From the IMG/VR virus record IMGVR_UViG_3300037780_000050, positions 1 to 64,000 of that record: a DNA stretch of 64,000 bases. The stretch is one strand, 5' to 3'. Shown piece by piece: positions 45,524 through 53,865 of the stretch. How positions within the stretch are numbered: the first letter of the stretch is position 1; each line of letters starts with the position of its first letter. This stretch comes from a virus. Its lineage: Duplodnaviria; Caudoviricetes. The position numbers were made by a program, and so were the translations under genes. The notes beneath the pieces are model-generated. The model was not told where the DNA came from, did not search any database, and worked only from the letters and a program-made list of their open reading frames with translations.

Positions 45524-45882
45524 CGCAGCTCTCACCACGGGACCGGCTCGATTTCGAGCTGGATGACGCCACCAAGGCCCAGGGCCGTCGCCTCAGAGAC
45601 GCTCTCCAAGCCGCTCTGGACGCCGAGATCGCCGCCACCGCACCCAGATACCAGCCCCCGGCCTACTTGGCCATCATGCGCCATTCCTGTCCCGCTCACG
45701 GAGATCGCAGCACCGCGCTCCAGCTCATCGAGCGCTACGAGGTGGTGACCGACCCCGAAGCAGGCGACGAGCCCACCGAGTTCGTGTGGATCACCAAGCG
45801 GGGCCGCTGCCGGTCCTGCGGAGCTGAGGCCATCACCCCCGAGGGTGTGTTCGAGTTGGGGTGGAGACGCCCGCCGCGGTGA
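45520..45882 (+). CDS. hypothetical protein (Cys/His motifs)
   Basis: ATGA overlap. Confidence 0.7.
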   Translation: MTQLSPRDRLDFELDDATKAQGRRLRDALQAALDAEIAATAPRYQPPAYLAIMRHSCPAHGDRSTALQLIERYEVVTDPEAGDEPTEFVWITKRGRCRSCGAEAITPEGVFELGWRRPPR

Positions 45883-46043
45883 TCTTGTGGTCGGCCACAG
45901 GATGAACGAGTCTGGTGAAACCGGGCGGGACCGTGTAGAACAGTGCACCGGGGTGGTGGGGCTCCCATGACAACCTTCGCCCGAGGTGCCTTGGCCCCAC
46001 CACCCCGCGACCCTTCCCCCGTCGCCCAGACCCAGCGAGCCCC

Positions 46044-47582
46044 ATGACTCAGATCAGTCCGCGCACCGATGCCGAGGTGGGCATGGTGGTGCTGGCCCGG
46101 GTGATCCAGACCAGGGACCCCGCCGCGCTGGACATGGCGCTGCGTCGGGTGTCACCCGAGCACTTCTCCGACAGCGCCCAGGCCACGATGCTGGAGCTGC
46201 TGGACCGCTACAGCACCCAGACCGGTGAGGTCATCGGTGGCGACGAGCTGCGAGATCTTGCGAGCCGGGGCAACGACGTGGGCCGCAGCGCCCGGTTGGT
46301 GCAGTGCTACGACGAGGCCGCGGCTCTCGGCGGGGGCCAGGTTCGCCACGACCAGTTCGTGTTCGGACTCGATGAGCTGCGCAGGCGGCGGGCTAGGGAA
46401 CGCACTCGCCAGGCGGTGGCCACCGCGGCCGAGATCATGCGTGCCGACGGCGCCCGCATCGGACGAGACCATCTGGTCGGTGATGAGGACGCCCGGGAGT
46501 GGCTGCTGAGCCAGCTCGCTCACATCGATGCCGAGCAGAACCGCCACGACGCCCCCGAGGGTGACGTGTTGCGGGAGGGCGCCGATGTGATGGCCGAGTA
46601 CGCCGATGCCAAGGGGCTGCGTGAGCAGGGCCGAGCGCCGGGAGTCCTCACGGGACTGGCTGGATTGGACAGAGTGCTGGGCAGCATCGACGCCGGAGAA
46701 TTGGGTCTGGTGATCGGCTGGACGAGCGACGGCAAGACCACCTTCTGCGTGAACCTCGCGTGGCACGCCGCGGTGATGCAGCGCAAGAACGTGTTCTTCG
46801 CCACCACCGAGACGCTGCGCCCGACGGTGCGTCGTCGCCTCTACTGCCGCCACAGCGCCCAGCCTGAGTTCGGCATGGCCGAGCCGTTGGATTCTGCCGA
46901 GGTGAAGCGGGCCACGCTGTCGATCGAGCACGAGCAGGTGCTCCGCGCCGTCAGCGAGGATCTGACCGAAGGGGTTCGCGACGGCCGCTACGGGGCGCTG
47001 CACGTGGCTCAGGTCCCCAAGGGCGCGAACATCACCCAGCTCGAAGGCCAGATCCGTCGCTACCACGGCCGCACCCCCATCGACTTGCTCATCATCGACT
47101 ACTTGGGTCTGCTGGCCCCCGAGCGCAGGCGCCGTGAGGCCCGCGACGAGCTGACCGAGACCCTCAAGTCGGCCAAGAACATGGCGGCGACCTTCGGCGA
47201 CGGGGAGGGCATCGCGACGATCTCGCCGTGGCAGGTGAGCCGCAACGCCCGTGCCGAGGCCGAGCGCAGCGGCCGCTACTCGCTGGCCAGTCTCTCCGAC
47301 ACCGCCGAGGCCGAGAAGTCATCGGACGTGATCTTGGGGCTGTTCCGACGCTCTCCTGAGGGCGGGCACTACCCCCGCCACGACGATGTGACGTTGCAGG
47401 TACTCAAGAACCGTGACGGCACCAGAGCTGATGACATCTCAGCGAGGGTGGACTACGCCAGTTGCACCTTCACCGATGCAGGCTCTCGCCGGGTCGCCGA
47501 GCAGATCACTGCTGCGGAAATGAGCTGGTCTAGTAGTGACGACGCCGAGCTGGCGGCGTTGGATTCGCTGCTCGATCTCTGA
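46044..47582 (+). CDS. dnaB: DnaB-like replicative helicase
   Basis: GWTSDGKTT, IIDYLGLL, WQVSR, EKSSDVIL, VLKNRDG. Confidence 0.9.
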   Translation: MTQISPRTDAEVGMVVLARVIQTRDPAALDMALRRVSPEHFSDSAQATMLELLDRYSTQTGEVIGGDELRDLASRGNDVGRSARLVQCYDEAAALGGGQVRHDQFVFGLDELRRRRARERTRQAVATAAEIMRADGARIGRDHLVGDEDAREWLLSQLAHIDAEQNRHDAPEGDVLREGADVMAEYADAKGLREQGRAPGVLTGLAGLDRVLGSIDAGELGLVIGWTSDGKTTFCVNLAWHAAVMQRKNVFFATTETLRPTVRRRLYCRHSAQPEFGMAEPLDSAEVKRATLSIEHEQVLRAVSEDLTEGVRDGRYGALHVAQVPKGANITQLEGQIRRYHGRTPIDLLIIDYLGLLAPERRRREARDELTETLKSAKNMAATFGDGEGIATISPWQVSRNARAEAERSGRYSLASLSDTAEAEKSSDVILGLFRRSPEGGHYPRHDDVTLQVLKNRDGTRADDISARVDYASCTFTDAGSRRVAEQITAAEMSWSSSDDAELAALDSLLDL

Positions 47583-47606
47583 CACTGGATTGCAACACAG
47601 CCACCA

Positions 47607-47636
47607 CTTGACAGCACGCAACCTATGATCTAGAGT
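47607..47636 (+). promoter_or_regulatory. sigma-A promoter TTGACA-17-TAGAGT with CTTG-N8-CAAC operator
   Basis: seen directly. Confidence 0.82.
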
Positions 47637-47685
47637 GGTCCTTTCTCGGCGAGAGTTTTCGCCTACACACCAGGGAGGAGCCACC

Positions 47686-47892
47686 GTGGTTGTCGAGCAC
47701 AGCGTGGATGTTGATCTCATTGTCCGGTTTGGACGAGAGGTCATCGAGATCAGCTTCATTCGTCGGACATCTCCAGACGCCAGCTCTACTCACACCCAGC
47801 ACATGACCATCGAGCAGGCCGAGGCACTGGTCTCCATCCTCAGTGACGTGCTCTACGCCCGGGCCATCGCGGCCGCGGGCGAGGAGGAGTGA
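47686..47892 (+). CDS. hypothetical protein
   Basis: GGGAGGAG RBS, GTG start. Confidence 0.65.
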   Translation: MVVEHSVDVDLIVRFGREVIEISFIRRTSPDASSTHTQHMTIEQAEALVSILSDVLYARAIAAAGEEE

Positions 47893-48869
47893 TGAGCGCA
47901 GAGCGGAGGCTGCGAGACGACGTACAGACGGTCCTGGCCTTTCAGGAGCGTGCTATGGCCATCACCTCCCGACACGACTTGCGGGAGGAGATGTGGTCGA
48001 TTTGGACCGAGTACGACCCCTACCGGAATTGGACGAGATCGGTGTTCGATCACTTGGTGGAGGCTCAGCACACATCGGTGGCCGACGATCCGCAGCTTTG
48101 GACCGTTGCCGACGACATCGCGACCGAGATCACCAAGCTGGCCGCGAGCGTGCCGTTGCCCTACAACGAGACCATCAGCATCGAGTCCATCCCGGCTCCG
48201 ACGGGGATCGTCAGCGTCCCGTCGTGCATCCCCAGTCGCTTTCGCGTGCAGGTGGTCGATTCCCGAGACTCTGACTACGAGCCGGATGAGATCCCGATGA
48301 TGTTCCACGCACTGTCGTGGGTCTTGCTCGACACCGAGGTGGCCGAGGAGAAGCTGCTGTTCGTGTACCCGTGGTGTTACACGTCGCTGGTGACGGGGTT
48401 GGGTGCCAACAGGGACGTGTTTCCGCTGTCCCCGCAGGGTTCGATGGTGGGGGCCAGGTTCCAGATCGATGGTGTTGATGACCCAGCAGCGCTGTGGCAT
48501 GACGACTACTACGAGCTGGTCCGGTGGCTGTTGGCGCTGTTCGCGTGGAGCGCCGAGGAGGCCACCACCGGGACGACTGCCATCGGGCGCCAGCAGCGCC
48601 GTCAGCGGGCTCGCAAGGGTCTCCACGAGCAGATGGTGCGCACCATCAAGCTGCGCCGTCACAGCCGCTCTGGTGAGGGCTCAGAGGGCACCGGGACAGA
48701 GGTCAGCCCGCACTGGCGTCGGGGACACTGGCGCAATCAGCGGGTGGGGCCGGGCCGTAGCCAGTCACGGTTGGTGTGGGTGCGCTCGCACATCGTGCAC
48801 CGGGATCGGGTGGCTGACCCCGAGAGCCTGCGCCCTACCACGACGGTTCGCCAGGTGGATCGCGTGTGA
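47889..48869 (+). CDS. hypothetical protein with C-terminal SPHWRRGHWR motif (AcrVA2/FinQ-like motif)
   Basis: EVSPHWRRGHWRNQRVGPG..LVWVRSHIV. Confidence 0.7.
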   Translation: MMSAERRLRDDVQTVLAFQERAMAITSRHDLREEMWSIWTEYDPYRNWTRSVFDHLVEAQHTSVADDPQLWTVADDIATEITKLAASVPLPYNETISIESIPAPTGIVSVPSCIPSRFRVQVVDSRDSDYEPDEIPMMFHALSWVLLDTEVAEEKLLFVYPWCYTSLVTGLGANRDVFPLSPQGSMVGARFQIDGVDDPAALWHDDYYELVRWLLALFAWSAEEATTGTTAIGRQQRRQRARKGLHEQMVRTIKLRRHSRSGEGSEGTGTEVSPHWRRGHWRNQRVGPGRSQSRLVWVRSHIVHRDRVADPESLRPTTTVRQVDRV

Positions 48870-48886
48870 GAAATCTCCAGAAGATG

Positions 48887-48916
48887 GTTGACAGGTCGCA
48901 ACTCATACCCTACAAT
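48887..48916 (+). promoter_or_regulatory. sigma-A promoter TTGACA-17-TACAAT with GTTG-N8-CAAC operator
   Basis: near-perfect consensus. Confidence 0.88.
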
Positions 48917-48964
48917 CATCTCATAGCAACCGAGGCCCCACCAGGGCAGAGAGAGGAACCACCG

Positions 48965-49231
48965 ATGCGAACCCAGATGCATGTCGAGATCGCCCCCGAC
49001 GCTTTCGAGCAGATCATGGCCATGCCCATGCGTGAAGCTCTCGTCGCCGACCGGCTCATGGAGAAGATGTGGCACGGCAGCTTCGAGCGCTTCGCCGAGC
49101 GGGCCACCCACACCGACAAGCTCGATGGGGCGTGGAAGATCCGCCGCCAGAGCGTGGAGTTCCGGGTGATCATCGACCCGGTTTCCGAGGACGCAGTGCT
49201 CGCCACGGTGATCGGGGCGAAGGTCCGATGA
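48965..49231 (+). CDS. RelE/ParE-fold-like small protein
   Basis: VEIAPDA..LDGAWKIRRQSVEFRVII..V pattern, 88 aa. Confidence 0.55.
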   Translation: MRTQMHVEIAPDAFEQIMAMPMREALVADRLMEKMWHGSFERFAERATHTDKLDGAWKIRRQSVEFRVIIDPVSEDAVLATVIGAKVR

Positions 49232-49326
49232 TCCCGCTCCACATCGTTCTCAACATCGCCATGGCCATCGCTGTGATCACAGTGGTGGCCATGGTGGTCA
49301 CCCAGGGGAGGGACTTCTTCCGATGA
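49228..49326 (+). CDS. tiny TM peptide
   Basis: MIPLHIVLNIAMAIAVITVVAMVV; ATGA overlaps. Confidence 0.55.
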   Translation: MIPLHIVLNIAMAIAVITVVAMVVTQGRDFFR

Positions 49327-49565
49327 GATTCCCGACCGACAACCGACACATCTACGAGCTATTCATGCTCCCAAGAGAGGAAGAAGAAATGCCGACCACT
49401 GCCGATTCGCTGGCCACGACGTTGAGAGGCATCGCCGAGTTCTACAGCCGCCAGGACCCCAGCTTCGGGGTGGTTCACGTCCACGGCATGGATGCGGAGT
49501 ACCGCTTGGAGGTTCGTGACCTGCTCACGATCGCCCGTCTTCTCGATTCCATGAGCGATGAGTGA
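49323..49565 (+). CDS. hypothetical protein
   Basis: ATGA overlap. Confidence 0.65.
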   Translation: MRFPTDNRHIYELFMLPREEEEMPTTADSLATTLRGIAEFYSRQDPSFGVVHVHGMDAEYRLEVRDLLTIARLLDSMSDE

Positions 49566-49698
49566 CCACCGCCGAGGTCGCAGCCCCCAGATGGTGAGCT
49601 GTACCAACCCGAAGTGCCGCGGAGTCCACGGAACGAACGTGATCTCCGACCAGGCGCTGTGTAAGTTCTGCCAGCAGCCGCTGCCAGTCAGCAAGTAG
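49558..49698 (+). CDS. small Zn-ribbon protein
   Basis: CTNPKC..CKFC; below the track cutoff. Confidence 0.5.
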   Translation: MSDHRRGRSPQMVSCTNPKCRGVHGTNVISDQALCKFCQQPLPVSK

Positions 49699-49729
49699 GA
49701 AGCCCCAAGAGGGCGAAAGGAGCAAGACA

Positions 49730-50311
49730 ATGCCCGCATCCAAGAGTGCGATCCGTACCAACATCAACCGCATCCGCGGCGCCGAGGAGGGCTACACCGA
49801 AGTCCCCGAGATCAAAGCGCTGCTCGATGAGGTGCTCACCGAGATCCCCGAGGCCGACGACAACCTCCCTGAGATCTGGGGAGAGCTGATCGATCGTGCC
49901 GACGCCAAGCACATCGCCGACAAGATCCCCGGCACCGTGGGTCGGATGTACAAGGTGGCCTACGGCAAGACCAAGCCCCGCCCACCCAAGGTGAAGCTGC
50001 GCATCAAGGTGACCGACTCCGCTCGCCGGTACATGCTGGAGTTCACCGAGGTCGTTCAGAACAACGGTTCCGACGAGATCTGGGACGGGATCAACAAGCT
50101 GATCCACCCCACCGCCGTCATGCGTGGCACCAGCGTGGCGGTGCTCAGCCCCTACGCCTTCAAGAAGGCGCTGCGCCGCTCGCTGGGTCAGTTCGACACC
50201 GACAAGGACCGGGCGTGGGCTCGCCAGATCATCGACGGCATCATCCGCCGCGTGGAGCACGCCGAGGATGTCGACGCCGCCGAGTCCGAAGATGTCTACC
50301 GCGTCGGGTGA
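49730..50311 (+). CDS. hypothetical protein
   Basis: AAAGGAG RBS; strong codon bias. Confidence 0.8.
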   Translation: MPASKSAIRTNINRIRGAEEGYTEVPEIKALLDEVLTEIPEADDNLPEIWGELIDRADAKHIADKIPGTVGRMYKVAYGKTKPRPPKVKLRIKVTDSARRYMLEFTEVVQNNGSDEIWDGINKLIHPTAVMRGTSVAVLSPYAFKKALRRSLGQFDTDKDRAWARQIIDGIIRRVEHAEDVDAAESEDVYRVG

Positions 50312-50882
50312 TGCTGGGTGGGATGTCCGCATCATCGAAGCCGTCAATGCCGAGGTCGGTCTCGTCAAGTTCCTCAGCGATGAGGGCTTCGACGTAGCCG
50401 ACCCCGGCAGCGGCCGCAGCATCAAGACCCACTGCCCGTGGCGGTGGTTGCACGCCGATGGCGGCGCCGAGAAGGCGTTCCGCGTGTACGCCACCAACAC
50501 CGCGTTCTGCTTCGCCGGGTGCGGGTTCTTCACTCCTACTAGGGCCGCAGCGATGCTGTGGGACGTGTCCGAGCAGCGAGCCGCCAAAGAGATGGCAGCC
50601 CGCTACGGTGTGTCGGTCGGAGATGTCGATGCGGCTGTGGAGTTGATGCTGCGAGATGTGGATGTGAATCGAGCTGATCTGTTGGACGCCATGCGCCGAT
50701 GGGTCGACGTGAGCTTCACCGGAGACGACAGAGACCGAGCCAGGACCGCGCTCATCCGCTGTGCGAGCGTGGCCGACGTGATAGAGACCGCAGACGACGC
50801 AGCGACATGGTGGGACAAGTCCCAGGAGTTGATCCGCACCGCTGCCCAAGGGAAGGAACGCCCATGCCCAAGATCGATGTGA
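50292..50882 (+). CDS. primase-type CHC2 zinc-finger protein without TOPRIM
   Basis: CPW..H.D..AFRVY..FCFAGCG..AAKEMAARYG. Confidence 0.75.
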   Translation: MSTASGDAGWDVRIIEAVNAEVGLVKFLSDEGFDVADPGSGRSIKTHCPWRWLHADGGAEKAFRVYATNTAFCFAGCGFFTPTRAAAMLWDVSEQRAAKEMAARYGVSVGDVDAAVELMLRDVDVNRADLLDAMRRWVDVSFTGDDRDRARTALIRCASVADVIETADDAATWWDKSQELIRTAAQGKERPCPRSM

Positions 50883-51187
50883 CAGACGTGCCCGAGCTGG
50901 GAGGGTGGGTGACCATCCAACGTGCAGCCGACGCCCTGTCGCTGACTCGCCAGGCCGTGTCCAAGAAGGTGCGAGAGGGCCGCGTTCCCATGACCGAGCT
51001 GCGGCGACTCTCGTACGGACCGGGCAGCCAGAATGATCTGCTGCTGCTCAGTGTGAAGTGGGTGCGCGAGGAGATCGAGCGGCGCTCAGGGATGGCCGCG
51101 GAGCGTCGCGCCAAGCTCGATGAGGAAGCCAACGCCATGCCGGTGATCGATCACGTGGATGATGAGAAACTCAATCTTCTAGGTTGA
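50864..51187 (+). CDS. HTH DNA-binding protein (excisionase/HTH_17-like)
   Basis: WVTIQRAADALSLTRQAVSKKVREG. Confidence 0.75.
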   Translation: MPKIDVTDVPELGGWVTIQRAADALSLTRQAVSKKVREGRVPMTELRRLSYGPGSQNDLLLLSVKWVREEIERRSGMAAERRAKLDEEANAMPVIDHVDDEKLNLLG

Positions 51188-51212
51188 CAGCACGCAACGC
51201 ATAGCGTATGCT
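51183..51212 (+). promoter_or_regulatory. sigma-A promoter TTGACA-17-TATGCT with GTTG-N8-CAAC operator
   Basis: seen directly. Confidence 0.85.
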
Positions 51213-51242
51213 GATCTCATACCAATCAGGAAGGAACCACCG

Positions 51243-51818
51243 ATGAGCACTCCCATCCCCGCAACCGACAAGCAGGTCGCTTTCATCGACACTCTGCTCG
51301 ACCAGCTCGCCACTCTGGGCTGGGTCCCCACCGAGTCCATGGACTTCGCCCCCTACAGCCGTCGCCACGCCAGCCAGCTCATCGACTGGCTCAAGGGCAA
51401 GCTCCACGAGGTGCGCACCGAGGTCGCAGCCCGACCCAAGATCGCTGACACCAGCAACGATCCCGAGATCGGCTACTACATGGTCGACGGTGAGGTGTAC
51501 CGGGTTCAGGCCAACCGCGCCGGGAACAACACCTACGCCAAGGTGCTCCGAGGCACCGGGTGGGAGTACGTGGGCAAGAGCCCGTTCCGCTCGCTGGTCT
51601 CCGAGGCCCGGCTCACGTACGAGCAGGCCCGGGTCCACGGCATCGAGACCGGCCACTGTCTGATCTGTGGCACCCAGCTCGACAACATCGAGAGCGCCCA
51701 GTACGGCATCGGTCCGACGTGCCACAAGAACCTCACCGGCAAGACCTTCGCCCAAGCCCGCAAGGCTGGCGAGCTTCCCCCGGTGGTCAAGCCCGAGATC
51801 GAGGAGGAGGCAGCGTGA
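51243..51818 (+). CDS. DUF6011-like Zn-finger protein
   Basis: ATDKQVAFI; GHCLICGTQL..S..GIGPTC. Confidence 0.75.
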   Translation: MSTPIPATDKQVAFIDTLLDQLATLGWVPTESMDFAPYSRRHASQLIDWLKGKLHEVRTEVAARPKIADTSNDPEIGYYMVDGEVYRVQANRAGNNTYAKVLRGTGWEYVGKSPFRSLVSEARLTYEQARVHGIETGHCLICGTQLDNIESAQYGIGPTCHKNLTGKTFAQARKAGELPPVVKPEIEEEAA

Positions 51819-52012
51819 AGCTGTACGCAGACGAGTTCGCAGTCGACTACGAGTGCGATGCCGATATCGCCACCAGTGACTCCGACGTGTGGCTGGAGTG
51901 TGGATACCAGGGCGTGGTGGAGCCCAGCCACATCAGCCGCACGCTGCTGGGGGACTTCATCGCCACCTACGAGTGTCCGCGGTGCGGAGGCACGTGGGAC
52001 GAGAGGTTCTAG
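51815..52012 (+). CDS. small Zn-ribbon protein
   Basis: GTGA overlap; ECPRCG. Confidence 0.6.
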   Translation: MKLYADEFAVDYECDADIATSDSDVWLECGYQGVVEPSHISRTLLGDFIATYECPRCGGTWDERF

Positions 52013-52297
52013 GTGGCAGCAGGGCGGTGCGCCGGGTGCGGACGGCGCGACGCCAGCATCCGCAAGATCCAGGCCCACGTGGTCCAGTGTCCCGCCTACG
52101 CCGCGCTCTACCGAGCCGAGCCGGAGCGGGCGCTGGACCCAGTGGCCGAAGAAGCGCGTTGGCTCGCTGCCGAGGGCAGTGACTCGGCTCGCATCGACGC
52201 TCGTGACGAGAGGCTGGAGAAGCTCCGGGTGCGTCTCGCCGAGCAGCGGCTGGCCCAGGCCGACCGGTGGCGCACTCCGAAGGGTCTGTTGGACTAG
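52013..52297 (+). CDS. hypothetical protein
   Basis: CAGC..H...C motif. Confidence 0.65.
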   Translation: MAAGRCAGCGRRDASIRKIQAHVVQCPAYAALYRAEPERALDPVAEEARWLAAEGSDSARIDARDERLEKLRVRLAEQRLAQADRWRTPKGLLD

Positions 52298-52350
52298 CGG
52301 CACGATCTGTACCACAGTGTGCGGGCCAACAGTCACATCAGGAGGGCGTC

Positions 52351-52686
52351 GTGTCAGAGGTTGATCAGGTTCAGCGCGTCGAGAAGTTGCTCGCAACGCA
52401 GACGGCGAAGCTCGATGGGTTGTTCAAGGATCGCAAGTTCCAGATCCTGCGGGACGTGACCCCCGCCTTCTTGGAGTCCAAGGGGCGCGACAAGATGCAG
52501 ACACCTCTCGGCAACCGAGGCCGCAACGGCTATCTCGTGATGCTGATCGATGGTCCAGAGATCGACCCCGGTCCCTACGCCGACGACACCATCCACCGCG
52601 ACAAGAGCGGGCGTCAGTGGTTCTTCGTCGGGGCCACCGTGTTGAAGACCATGGCTGATGACTACCAGGCCGTCACGCTTCCGTGA
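52351..52686 (+). CDS. hypothetical protein
   Basis: AGGAGGG RBS. Confidence 0.7.
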   Translation: MSEVDQVQRVEKLLATQTAKLDGLFKDRKFQILRDVTPAFLESKGRDKMQTPLGNRGRNGYLVMLIDGPEIDPGPYADDTIHRDKSGRQWFFVGATVLKTMADDYQAVTLP

Positions 52687-53186
52687 GGCTTGGCACCGCT
52701 GTCGAGATTGGCTCCACGATCTATCGCTCCGTCGCCGAGGCGTTGTGGGGAGAGTTCTTGGTCGAGACCGGAGCCGATCCGGTTCACGAGCCCTTCTACG
52801 TCGGTGGCGCCGCCCAGTATCTTCCCGACTTCTGGCTTCCGCATCACCGCGCCGTCATCGAGATCAAGAACGGACGTGTGACCACAATGGATCTCGCCAA
52901 GTGGCGAGCCGCGCAGGCGGCATTCGAGGGGTCTGTGCACTTCGCTGTCATCGACGGACATCCTCCTGGGCGGTGGCATCTCATTGTGAATGGCCCAGGT
53001 TCGATTGAGCTTCCCCAGACCATCCCCGCTTTGACTCCGAAGTGGGTGTACGGTCCCTGGCCCGGCATCGAGTGGGACGCAGAGATCTACCAGCGAGTGC
53101 GTGTGCGAGTGGACAATGCTCCCAACCCGATCCGGGTGCCGAACGAGGCCCGACCGGAGTACCGGGAGTGGTCTTTCGCCCAGTAA
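52683..53186 (+). CDS. PD-(D/E)XK nuclease-like protein
   Basis: YRSVAEALW..HEP..YLPDFWL..IEIK. Confidence 0.7.
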   Translation: MRLGTAVEIGSTIYRSVAEALWGEFLVETGADPVHEPFYVGGAAQYLPDFWLPHHRAVIEIKNGRVTTMDLAKWRAAQAAFEGSVHFAVIDGHPPGRWHLIVNGPGSIELPQTIPALTPKWVYGPWPGIEWDAEIYQRVRVRVDNAPNPIRVPNEARPEYREWSFAQ

Positions 53187-53190
53187 AGGT

Positions 53191-53221
53191 GTTGTCGGCA
53201 CGCAATAAGTTGTGCTAGAGT
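53191..53221 (+). promoter_or_regulatory. promoter TTGTCG-18-TAGAGT with GTTG-N8-CAAT operator variant
   Basis: GTTGtcggcacgCAAT. Confidence 0.6.
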
Positions 53222-53262
53222 GTGGTTGCAGAACCACCTAATAGAAATGGACTGACCAGACC

Positions 53263-53865
53263 GTGACAACCAAGACCGAAGCTGACTGGGTTTCCCGCCC
53301 AGCGACTCTGGACTCTATGTATCGGCTTTACCGGCCACGTATCGAGGCCATTTGCGCCAACATGGGAATCATCAACGTGGAGGACGCCGCCAGTGAGATC
53401 CTGTGTCGCTTCATCGAGCGTGGGTTCATGGAGAAGTTCGACCCCGACTACGTGACCGTGGCCGACGGGCGCTACTACCCGGCGCGCTTCTCCACTTTCA
53501 TCTGTGCGTTCGCCGAGCGCTACGCCCGAGGTATCCGTGACCGGGAGCGTCGCTCCAGCAAACGGGAGCATCTCAAGGACGAGCTGATCGATACCGAATC
53601 CTTCGAGACTCCCGACCAGTGCTGGAGCGACGAGCTGATCGCCACCGTGAAGGACATGCAGGCACGAGTCGCCGAGCTGCCCAAGGTCGGGCGCCGCGAC
53701 TTGGAGCCCTTCTTTGCTGCGCTGCTGGCGCAGGTGCTGGAGGGGCGCAGTGAGATCGACCGCAACATCGTGGCCCGGGAGCTGTCCATCAGCGTGTCGA
53801 CAGTCGGGAACTGGATCTACATGGTGCGCGAGGAGATCGAGCCGTGGGCCGACCGGCTGCGGTGA
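53263..53865 (+). CDS. sigma70/ECF-like or HTH transcription factor
   Basis: VEDAASEI..FDP..FSTF (region 2-like); VARELSISVSTVGNW HTH. Confidence 0.65.
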   Translation: MTTKTEADWVSRPATLDSMYRLYRPRIEAICANMGIINVEDAASEILCRFIERGFMEKFDPDYVTVADGRYYPARFSTFICAFAERYARGIRDRERRSSKREHLKDELIDTESFETPDQCWSDELIATVKDMQARVAELPKVGRRDLEPFFAALLAQVLEGRSEIDRNIVARELSISVSTVGNWIYMVREEIEPWADRLR

